Source of the DNA: an uncultured Clostridium sp.
Lineage (GTDB): Bacteria > Bacillota > Clostridia > TANB77 > CAG-508
DNA: 64,000 nucleotides
Assembly (NCBI GenBank): GCA_947570695.1
Contig: CANOVB010000005.1
Location: 67,487 to 131,486 of the forward strand
Direction of reading: 5' to 3'
Shown here piece after piece: positions 46,416 through 54,826 of this stretch (position 1 is its first letter; every line of letters starts with the position of its first letter). A program made the position numbers and the translations under genes. The notes beneath the pieces are model-generated. The model was not told where the DNA came from and ran no database searches. It saw only the letters and a program-made list of their open reading frames with translations.

Positions 46416-46542
46416 TTTCTTATAAACATAAAAAATATTTTATAAATTTTATAAAAAATAGTAATAAAAATAAATTCTTTGAATATATATTATAATAACT
46501 AGTTTTTAGTTAAAATTTAATTTTACGAAAGAAGGTATTTTT

Positions 46543-46647
46543 ATGAAGAAAATTTGGTTAGGGATATTATTAATTAGTACAAGCTTAAGTTTTATTATTT
46601 TAGGATATTTATTATATAATTTTGTAGCAACATTACAGATTTTATAA
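46543..46647 (+). CDS. 34-aa hydrophobic membrane peptide MKKIWLGILLISTSLSFIILGYLLYNFVATLQIL
   Basis: ATG follows GAAAGAAGG. It has a single TM segment. It is below the ORF-track cut-off and expression is unproven. Confidence 0.35.
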   Translation: MKKIWLGILLISTSLSFIILGYLLYNFVATLQIL

Positions 46648-46722
46648 AACAGTTTCAAACTTGCTATTTATAAGAAAAAAGTGGTATAATAAATACGTTA
46701 AAAAATTAAAGGATTAGAAAAT

Positions 46723-47586
46723 ATGGAAATAGCAAGTAATTGGAAAGATTATGAAATTTTAGATATGTCTGATGGTGAAAAGCTTGAAAAATGGAATAAT
46801 ATTATTTTAATAAGGCCAGATCCTCAGATAATTTGGAAAGAAAAAACTTTCCCTGAAAAATGGAAAAGTGCTGATGCTAGATATAGCAGAAGTAATACTG
46901 GTGGTGGAGCTTGGCAATATCATAAGAATTTGCCAAAAGCTTGGCAAGTTCATTATAAAGATTTAACTTTTAATATAAAACCAATGGGGTTTAAACACAC
47001 AGGTCTTTTCCCAGAACAGGCAGTTAATTGGGATTGGATGATAAATAAAATAAAAACAGATGGTAGAAAAGATATAAAAGTATTAAATCTTTTTGCATAT
47101 ACAGGAGGAGCAACAGTAGCTTGTAGCTATGCTGGTGCTTCTGTTTGTCATGTTGATAGTTCAAAAGGTATGGTATCATGGGCAAAAGAAAATATTGCAT
47201 CATCAGGACTTAGTGACAGACCAGTTAGATTTATAATTGATGATGTTACAAAGTTTGTTAATAGAGAAATAAGAAGAGGAAATAAATATGATGCAATAAT
47301 AATGGATCCGCCTTCTTATGGAAGAGGAAAAAATGGAGAAGTATGGCAATTTGAAAACAATATATCTGATTTAGTAGAATTATGTGCAAATGTTTTATCA
47401 AATGAACCATTATTCTTTTTGATAAATTCTTATACAACAGGGATTTCATCAAAAGTTTTAGAAAATATTTTAAGTTTAAAATTAAAAATGAAAAACGGTA
47501 AATTATCATCAGGAGAAATTGGTTTACCTATGAAAAATTCAAAATTAGTGCTTCCATGTGGAATATATGGAAGATGGGAGAGATGA
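46723..47586 (+). CDS. Class I SAM-dependent (RlmI/RlmK-like) methyltransferase
   Basis: VLNLFAYTGGATVACSYAG (motif I) and IIMDPPSYGRGKNGEVW (the DPPxY-type motif IV). Confidence 0.8.
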   Translation: MEIASNWKDYEILDMSDGEKLEKWNNIILIRPDPQIIWKEKTFPEKWKSADARYSRSNTGGGAWQYHKNLPKAWQVHYKDLTFNIKPMGFKHTGLFPEQAVNWDWMINKIKTDGRKDIKVLNLFAYTGGATVACSYAGASVCHVDSSKGMVSWAKENIASSGLSDRPVRFIIDDVTKFVNREIRRGNKYDAIIMDPPSYGRGKNGEVWQFENNISDLVELCANVLSNEPLFFLINSYTTGISSKVLENILSLKLKMKNGKLSSGEIGLPMKNSKLVLPCGIYGRWER

Positions 47587-47647
47587 CCCTTAGGGGACGT
47601 TTGTTAATGGACATTTTTGTCCATTAACAAACGTCCCCTAAGGGTCA
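47584..47647. repeat. Palindromic element PE-30, compact copy (64-nt near-perfect palindrome overlapping the methyltransferase stop codon)
   Basis: tgacccttaggggacgtttgttaatggac-atttttg-tccattaacaaacgtcccctaagggtca. The arm sequence is identical to 18477-18502. Confidence 0.9.
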
Positions 47648-47659
47648 AAAGGAGATATA

Positions 47660-48337
47660 ATGAAAGATTTAAAAGTACTATATGAAGATAATCATATAAT
47701 AGTGGTAGAGAAACCTGTGAATATTCCATCACAAGGGGATAAAACTGGTGATGAAGATATGCTTTCTATTATAAAAAAATATTTGAAAGAAAAATATAAT
47801 AAACCAGGAGAAGTGTATTTAGGTCTAGTTCATAGATTAGACAGACCAACAGGTGGTGTAATGGTTTTTGCAAGAACCTCAAAAGCCGCTTCCAGACTTA
47901 GTGAGCAAATAAGAGAAAAACAAATGCATAAAAAGTATTTGTGTATAGTTGATGGGAAAATGGAAAATACAAAAGGAAGTATGAAAGATTTTCTTTTGAA
48001 AAATGAAAAAACAAATACAAGTAAAGTTGTTAAAGAAGGAACTAAAAATGCAAAAGAAGCAATTTTAGATTATGAAGTAGTAAAATATAATGAAGAAATA
48101 AATATGTCAGTTGTAAAGGTTGATTTACATACAGGAAGGCATCATCAAATAAGAGTTCAATTTTCATCAAGAGGTCATAGTTTATCTGGAGATCAAAAAT
48201 ATGGAACAAGGGGGCGAGGAAAAGGACTTGCTCTTTGGGCATATAGTTTAAGCTTTTTACATCCAATAACAAAGGAAAGAATAGAATTTGAAGATTATCC
48301 AGAAGTTACAGGAAGCTGGAAAATTTTAGAAAGTTAA
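47660..48337 (+). CDS. RluA-family pseudouridine synthase (no S4 domain)
   Basis: LGLVHRLDRPTGGVMVFARTSKAASRL and HTGRHHQIRVQF. Confidence 0.88.
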   Translation: MKDLKVLYEDNHIIVVEKPVNIPSQGDKTGDEDMLSIIKKYLKEKYNKPGEVYLGLVHRLDRPTGGVMVFARTSKAASRLSEQIREKQMHKKYLCIVDGKMENTKGSMKDFLLKNEKTNTSKVVKEGTKNAKEAILDYEVVKYNEEINMSVVKVDLHTGRHHQIRVQFSSRGHSLSGDQKYGTRGRGKGLALWAYSLSFLHPITKERIEFEDYPEVTGSWKILES

Positions 48338-48344
48338 AGTACAT

Positions 48345-48385
48345 AATAGAAAGTGCTTTGCACCAATGTAAAATAAAGTTTTAGT
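48345..48385 (+). repeat. Truncated IGR-1 fragment (modules A/B only)
   Basis: aatagaaagtgctttgcac...aaataaagtttt; compare 57601-57640. Confidence 0.5.
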
Positions 48386-48486
48386 GATAATGAAAGTTTA
48401 GAAAAAGTTATTAATTTATTAAAGGTATATTTTTTAAAAATTAGAATACCCTTTACTAAATAAATTTTAGTGGAGGGGATTTTTTT

Positions 48487-49266
48487 ATGGATAAAATAAT
48501 GAGATACAGTTTTGTTGTAGGACTTTTAATAGTTTGCATTTTACAATTCGCATTGTCTTCACAAGCAAATACCTTAAGTAATGAACTTTTGGCTTGGGGA
48601 TTTAGAAGAGGTGAAAATCATAAACAGGCAAGCTTAGATACTGCAAGTGAGAAAGTTATAAGAGAATTTGAAGGAATTTCAATGGGAAATCCAAATAGTC
48701 AAAAAATTTATTTAACTTTTGATTGTGGATATGAAGCAGGATATACAGAAGCAATTTTAGATGCACTTGCTGAAAATGATGTTAAAGCAAGTTTTTTTAT
48801 TACAGCACATTATTTAAATACAGCAGGTGATATTGTAAAAAGAATGATTGAAGAAGGTCATATCGTAGGAAATCATACTGTTAATCATAAATGCTTACCT
48901 AATATTAGTGATGATGAAATAAAAAAGGAAGTTATGGATTTGCATAATAGTTTATATGAAAAATTTGGATATGAGATGACATATTTTAGACCACCAAAAG
49001 GTGAATTTAGTGAGAGAGTTATAAGTGTAGTAAAAGACTTAGGATATACCACAGTTATGTGGTCTTCTGCATATGATGACTGGGATAAAGAAAAACAAGG
49101 AAGAGAAGAATATGGAAAAAAGAAAATAGTAGATAATGTACATAATGGCTGTGTATTATTATTACATGCAACTTCAAGTGATAATAGTAAAATTTTATCT
49201 GATGTAATAAAAGATATAAAAAATATGGGATATGAATTTAAAAATATAAATGAATTTGAATGGTAG
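48487..49266 (+). CDS. pdaA: Polysaccharide deacetylase, PdaA-like (spore cortex delta-lactam biosynthesis)
   Basis: Signal peptide, then YLTFDCGYEAGYT...VKASFFITAHYL...GNHTVNHK...LLLHA (NodB motifs in the PdaA arrangement). Confidence 0.8.
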   Translation: MDKIMRYSFVVGLLIVCILQFALSSQANTLSNELLAWGFRRGENHKQASLDTASEKVIREFEGISMGNPNSQKIYLTFDCGYEAGYTEAILDALAENDVKASFFITAHYLNTAGDIVKRMIEEGHIVGNHTVNHKCLPNISDDEIKKEVMDLHNSLYEKFGYEMTYFRPPKGEFSERVISVVKDLGYTTVMWSSAYDDWDKEKQGREEYGKKKIVDNVHNGCVLLLHATSSDNSKILSDVIKDIKNMGYEFKNINEFEW

Positions 49267-49404
49267 AATAAAAGTAAATAATTAAGAAATAGTAGATAAT
49301 AGATAATTTAATTTTTTTTAAGTTATCTATTTTATTATTTTTAAAAAGATGATATAATGCAAATGAAAATTTAATATGAAATAAAAGGGGTTTTCACAAT
49401 ATAA

Positions 49405-51147
49405 ATGGAAGAAAACGAAAGCAAAAATATATTAAAAAAAATATTCAAAAATGAAAACTTTACTAATTATATAATAATATTAATAGTTAGTATCATAATA
49501 AGTATACCTTTAACAAAAGGATATATTATAGGACATGATTCGGATGCACATATATCAAGAGTTATGAGTACTGTAATTAGTTTAAAGTCACATCAAATTT
49601 TGCCTATGATATCATCAAATTATGTAAATGGATTGGGATATTCTTGGAATTTATTTTATCCACCACTTACAAATTATTTAGCAGTTATTTTAAGGGTGGT
49701 TTGTCAGTCATATACTCAAAGTTTAAATTTATTAGTGTTTTTTAGTATTATAATATCTGGAATATTTATGTATAATTTTGCACAAAAAGTAAGTAAATCT
49801 AAAAAAGTTGGACTACTTTCTGCAGTATTTTATATAACAATTCCATACAGAATATCTGATATTTATGTTAGATATGCAATGGGAGAAATTGTTTCTTTTG
49901 CATTTTTACCACTAGTATTTAATGGATTATATAGTATTTTGGAGGAGAATGGAAAAAGAAATTATTTGCTTACAATAGGTGCAGTAGGACTTTTATTAAC
50001 ACATAATATTACAACACTATTAGTAATTATAGTATGTAACATATTTGTTATTTTACATATAGATAGATTTAAAAAACTTCAAGTTATTAGAGACTTACTT
50101 ATAAATGCGATTTTTATTTTACTTATAGTAGCATGTTTTTATGGACCATTTGTTGAAAGTAAAAATGCGACAGACTATGCTGTATTTGGAGGTTTTACAA
50201 ATGAAGAAACTTTAAGTAAAAATGCAGTAAGTTTATGGGAAATTTTGATTGGAAAATTGTATTTTAAAGATGAGGTAGAAGTAGGATTTAGAATTTCAGT
50301 TGCGATTGGATTAGTAACAATTATTCCATTAGTTTTAACTCCATTTATATATAAAAAGATTGAAAAAAGTAAAAGAAGAATGTATATAATTTCAATAGTT
50401 TTAATTTTACTAACTATATTTGCTTCAAGTAAATATATGGTATGGAACTTTATGCCTGAAATATTTAAGTTTATACAGTTTCCATATAGACTATTAATTA
50501 TAACTAGCTTTTTAATAAGCATTATATCAGCAATTAATTTAGAAAAGATATTTGAAAAATTCACATATAGAAAAATATTAATAATTACTATTATAGCTTT
50601 AGTATATATTACACCATTATTAATTTGTACAAAAGTTGATCAAAATTATGATGAGAATAAATATTATGAAATAGAAAAAAATGAGAATCCTTATCCAGGT
50701 TCAAAATCGGATTTTTCTTCAACTTATGAATATTTACCAAGTAATGGATATAATAATTTGGTTTATTTATTTGAAAGATCAAGAAATCCAGAATTTTTAA
50801 TAGGACCAGGGGCTATTACAGAAGTACAAATTGATAGATTTAATAATTATATTTTCCATGTTGAAAATTTTGGAACTAATATATTAAAAATAGAAATGCC
50901 AATGGTATATTATTTAGGTTATGAAGTTACTTTTGAAGGAGAAAATTTAGGATATGAAGAATCAGATTTAGGTTTAATAATGATAACTACTCCTGATGGA
51001 AAAAGTGGAACAATGACAGTTAAATATACTGGTACAGAACTTGCTAAAAAATGTTTAATAACATCAGTAATCTCAGGTTTTGTATTTGTAATATATATTT
51101 TAATTTCAGAAATTATAATTTATAAAAAACGAAAAAGGAATATTTAA
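49405..51147 (+). CDS. Polytopic membrane protein, GT-C-like (PTPS-related/YfhO-like family)
   Basis: 580 aa with more than 10 TM segments. An early periplasmic-loop motif GHDSDAHISR. C-terminal extracytoplasmic domain followed by a final TM. Confidence 0.6.
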   Translation: MEENESKNILKKIFKNENFTNYIIILIVSIIISIPLTKGYIIGHDSDAHISRVMSTVISLKSHQILPMISSNYVNGLGYSWNLFYPPLTNYLAVILRVVCQSYTQSLNLLVFFSIIISGIFMYNFAQKVSKSKKVGLLSAVFYITIPYRISDIYVRYAMGEIVSFAFLPLVFNGLYSILEENGKRNYLLTIGAVGLLLTHNITTLLVIIVCNIFVILHIDRFKKLQVIRDLLINAIFILLIVACFYGPFVESKNATDYAVFGGFTNEETLSKNAVSLWEILIGKLYFKDEVEVGFRISVAIGLVTIIPLVLTPFIYKKIEKSKRRMYIISIVLILLTIFASSKYMVWNFMPEIFKFIQFPYRLLIITSFLISIISAINLEKIFEKFTYRKILIITIIALVYITPLLICTKVDQNYDENKYYEIEKNENPYPGSKSDFSSTYEYLPSNGYNNLVYLFERSRNPEFLIGPGAITEVQIDRFNNYIFHVENFGTNILKIEMPMVYYLGYEVTFEGENLGYEESDLGLIMITTPDGKSGTMTVKYTGTELAKKCLITSVISGFVFVIYILISEIIIYKKRKRNI

Positions 51148-51170
51148 AATTATAGTAGAAGGGGAAAAAG

Positions 51171-52841
51171 ATGGAAACAAATTCTGAAAAAGAGGAACTT
51201 CAAAATAGTAATGAAGAAATCGAAAATAGCAAACAAGAAGAAACTAAGGATTTAAAGAAAACAGAAGAAAAAAAAGAAAGAAAAAAGATTAGTTTTAAAA
51301 ACATTAATTGGATGACTGTTTTTAAAGAAATTGCTTATTGGGTGTTTGTAGGAATTTTAATATTATTTTTTGATTATTTAGAATTTAAAACTCCAGAAAA
51401 ATTGAGTGCTACAAATTATTTAAGTATGGATCCTAAAAGAGCACAAGCATTTATAGTATTATTTATATTTGCGCTAGTACTGGATATTGCTTTACATATT
51501 ACAAAAATCAAGAAGTTACAAATATATCAAAAATTTATAATATTAGCTGTTTCAATAGGAGTTTGTTATTGGGTAGCAGTTCCTTTTGGACAAGGAACTG
51601 ATGAAGTATCACATTTTTTGAGAGTATATGAAATTTCAAAAAAATATACTACTTTAAATTATCAAGATACAACTGAATTTCCAACAGAATTCGAAAAATT
51701 AGCTGTATTCCAACAAAGTAGAGAGATTTCTTATGATACATATAAAGAACATTTTGGAAGTTTTAATGTAATTTCAACAGAAAAAGCTGATATGGGATAT
51801 GCATATTGGAATATGAGATTATATTCACCAATTCAATATTTTCCACAAGCTGTGGCTCTTACGGTAGGAAGAATAGTAAGTAATAATATTTTAGTAATTG
51901 GAACTTTTGCAAGAGTAGGAGGATTTTTAGCTTGGGTATTACTTTGTGCTTATGCTATAAAAATTGTTCCAAATAGAAAAACTTTATTTATGATATTATG
52001 TTTATTACCAGTTAATATTTTTTCAGCAGTATGTATTTCAGGAGATACATTAACAAATGCAGCTTGTATGGTTTTCGTAGCAATGATTTATAGAAAAGTT
52101 TATTTAAAAGAAAAAATAGAATTAAAAGATAAAATTGTTTTAATTTTATCTGGATGCTTAATGGCACTTTGTAAAATTGTTTATTTACCATTTGTCTTTT
52201 TAGCACTGCTTCTAAAAAAAGAAAACTTTGATAGCAAAAAAGCTTGTATAGTATTTATAATTATTCTTATTGCTCTATCTTGTATAGTTGGAATTGGATG
52301 GTTAAAAATAGGAAATCAAAATTTGGTAGAATCTAATGCTGCTTCTAAAGATCAAGTTAAATTTATATTGCAAGATCCATTACATTATTTTTTAATAATG
52401 TTACATACTTTTGAAGAAAAAGGAACAGATTATATTTATCAATTAACAACAGGATTAGAGTTGATTTGTCATGGAAAAACAACAATATATCCAATAATTG
52501 GATATATAATTAGTATCGTAGTTGTTTTAGGAATATTTGTAAATGAAGATGATAAAGACACAAAAATAAATATTATTAGAAAAGTACTAGTATGGCTTAT
52601 TATATTAGGAGTTTCAGCACTAATTGCTACAGCAATATATGTACAATGGACATCGTTAATGGAAATTGGAAGATATATGATAGCAGGAATTCAAGGAAGA
52701 TATTTTATACCTGTTGTTTTATTATTAATATTTACAATAGATTCAGCAAGATTAAGTATAAAAAATAGAAATTTAATTTCATTTTTAACTATTATGCAAT
52801 TACCAGTTTTAGCGTTAATTATAAATACATTTGTAAAATAG
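51171..52841 (+). CDS. Polytopic membrane protein, DUF2142-like (GT-C-like)
   Basis: Acidic/K-rich cytoplasmic N-terminus, more than 10 TM segments, and a GQGTDEVSHFLRVYE loop motif typical of DUF2142 (from memory). Confidence 0.6.
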   Translation: METNSEKEELQNSNEEIENSKQEETKDLKKTEEKKERKKISFKNINWMTVFKEIAYWVFVGILILFFDYLEFKTPEKLSATNYLSMDPKRAQAFIVLFIFALVLDIALHITKIKKLQIYQKFIILAVSIGVCYWVAVPFGQGTDEVSHFLRVYEISKKYTTLNYQDTTEFPTEFEKLAVFQQSREISYDTYKEHFGSFNVISTEKADMGYAYWNMRLYSPIQYFPQAVALTVGRIVSNNILVIGTFARVGGFLAWVLLCAYAIKIVPNRKTLFMILCLLPVNIFSAVCISGDTLTNAACMVFVAMIYRKVYLKEKIELKDKIVLILSGCLMALCKIVYLPFVFLALLLKKENFDSKKACIVFIIILIALSCIVGIGWLKIGNQNLVESNAASKDQVKFILQDPLHYFLIMLHTFEEKGTDYIYQLTTGLELICHGKTTIYPIIGYIISIVVVLGIFVNEDDKDTKINIIRKVLVWLIILGVSALIATAIYVQWTSLMEIGRYMIAGIQGRYFIPVVLLLIFTIDSARLSIKNRNLISFLTIMQLPVLALIINTFVK

Positions 52842-52861
52842 TTTAGTTTAGGAGAGTTTAT

Positions 52862-53338
52862 ATGAATTTTTTGGATATAGAAATAGATGAAGCATTATTT
52901 AAAAAATTAGTTATAGCTTCATTAGTTCTAATATGTATATATATGGCATTTACAATGAGTTCTATGCTAGTATTTAAAACATATACATTAGGAGCAAACA
53001 CTTCTGCAAATGATGAAAGCATCAATACACATATTGATTTATTGTCAATAGACGGAAAAAAGATTGAAATAACAGGATGGGCTTATGATAAGGATCAACC
53101 TATAAAAAAAGTTAATAGTAGTTTTGTTTTAAAAAATCAAGAAACAGATAAAATGTATTTAATGAGAACTGTTATGGAAAAAAATGAAGGACTAGAACAG
53201 ATAGGATATGCAAATGCTGGAATGCATGCACAATGTTTACGTTTAGGATTACCAAAAGGAAAATATCAAATTTATGTTCTTTATAAAAATGATGGACAAG
53301 ATATTTTGGCAGATACATTAATACCTTTTGAAATATAA
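52862..53338 (+). CDS. Hypothetical membrane-anchored protein
   Basis: One TM (LVIASLVLICIYMAFTMSSMLVF) followed by a beta-rich domain. Confidence 0.55.
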   Translation: MNFLDIEIDEALFKKLVIASLVLICIYMAFTMSSMLVFKTYTLGANTSANDESINTHIDLLSIDGKKIEITGWAYDKDQPIKKVNSSFVLKNQETDKMYLMRTVMEKNEGLEQIGYANAGMHAQCLRLGLPKGKYQIYVLYKNDGQDILADTLIPFEI

Positions 53339-53365
53339 TAAATTGTAAAGGTGGAAGTTTAAGTA

Positions 53366-54742
53366 ATGAAAGAAAATTTTAAAAAATTCATAAGTGATGG
53401 TAGAGGTGTTATTTTAACAATATTTATTTTGCAATTAATATTAGTTATTTTTGTAACACCAAATAGATTTGATGATGAAAGATTCTTAGGGTGGATAAGC
53501 CAAAGACCTATATTTGACGTTCTTGTAGATAGATATACTAATTGGACATCAAGAGTAATTATTGATGGAACAATATTTACTTTACTAAAAATATCAAAAT
53601 ATGCTTGGATGCTAGTTCATGCTGGAATGATGGCTTTAATAGGATATTCAATATTAAAATTATTTTTAAAAAAGGAAAATAGAACTCAGATGAGTTCTAT
53701 GGTATTAATCCTGATTTTAATATATCCTATAAATCTTATGGCAGAAACAGGTTGGGGAGCAACCACTTCAAATTATATGTGGCCACTGGCAACGGCACTT
53801 TTTGCTTTAATTCCAATAAAAAAAGCATGGGATAAAGAAAAATTTAGATGGTTTCAATTTCCACTTTATGCAATAGCTTTAATTTATGCATGTAATCAAG
53901 AACAAACATGTGCAATATTATTTGGAACATATACTTTATTTACAATATTACTTATTATAAAAGATAAGAAGATTCATCCAATGGTTGTAATTCAACTTTT
54001 ATTAACAGTTTTGAGCTTAGTTTTTATATTTACAACACCAGGAAACTATATTAGGCAAAATACAGAGATGGAGATGAATTTTCCAAATTTTGAAATGTTA
54101 ACTTTCCAAGATAAATTATCACTTGGATTTACATCTACAGCTAATGTAATATTTAATAATTATAGCATACCATTTGGAGCATTAAGTTTGTGTATTTTAG
54201 TATATATTTGTATTACATACAAAGAAAGAATATATAAAATAATAGCAGCAATACCATTTGTATCTATTTGTGTGTTAAGTTATTTTAGAGATATTGTTTT
54301 TAATGTATTTCCATATTTTAGAGAATTTATAAAAGTATTTACAACTAGTGATGGAACAATTTTAACAGTAGCAAATAGTAATAATTTATTTAATGTTTTT
54401 CCAATAATTTTTTCATTAATTATATTTATTTGTTTACTACTTAGCATATTAATAATTTTTAAAAATATAAAAAATAATCTTGCTGCTTTAGTATTTTTAG
54501 TTGGACTTGCTTCAAGAGTTATGATGGGATTTTCTCCAACTATATTTGCCTCAGGAGTAAGAACTACAATATTTTTTGATTTTTCTATGTTAATTGTAAT
54601 ATTGTTAATTTGGCAAGAGTTTTCTAAAAAAACAGAAAAAAATGATATAAAAACTCAAAAAAAATTAGGCATAGTACTTGAATGTACGGGAATATTACAA
54701 TATATAAATGCATTATTATATATTTTAATTTCACAAAAATAG
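53366..54742 (+). CDS. Polytopic membrane protein of unknown function (possible third GT-C-like protein)
   Basis: 458 aa with about 11 TM segments. An N-terminal loop reads NRFDDERFLGW. Confidence 0.55.
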   Translation: MKENFKKFISDGRGVILTIFILQLILVIFVTPNRFDDERFLGWISQRPIFDVLVDRYTNWTSRVIIDGTIFTLLKISKYAWMLVHAGMMALIGYSILKLFLKKENRTQMSSMVLILILIYPINLMAETGWGATTSNYMWPLATALFALIPIKKAWDKEKFRWFQFPLYAIALIYACNQEQTCAILFGTYTLFTILLIIKDKKIHPMVVIQLLLTVLSLVFIFTTPGNYIRQNTEMEMNFPNFEMLTFQDKLSLGFTSTANVIFNNYSIPFGALSLCILVYICITYKERIYKIIAAIPFVSICVLSYFRDIVFNVFPYFREFIKVFTTSDGTILTVANSNNLFNVFPIIFSLIIFICLLLSILIIFKNIKNNLAALVFLVGLASRVMMGFSPTIFASGVRTTIFFDFSMLIVILLIWQEFSKKTEKNDIKTQKKLGIVLECTGILQYINALLYILISQK

Positions 54743-54826
54743 GAACAAAAAAATTGAAGGTACATAACGAAGTAAAAATATATAAAAAATAAAATAATGT
54801 TCCTAAATTACGAAGGAGGGTAAAAG

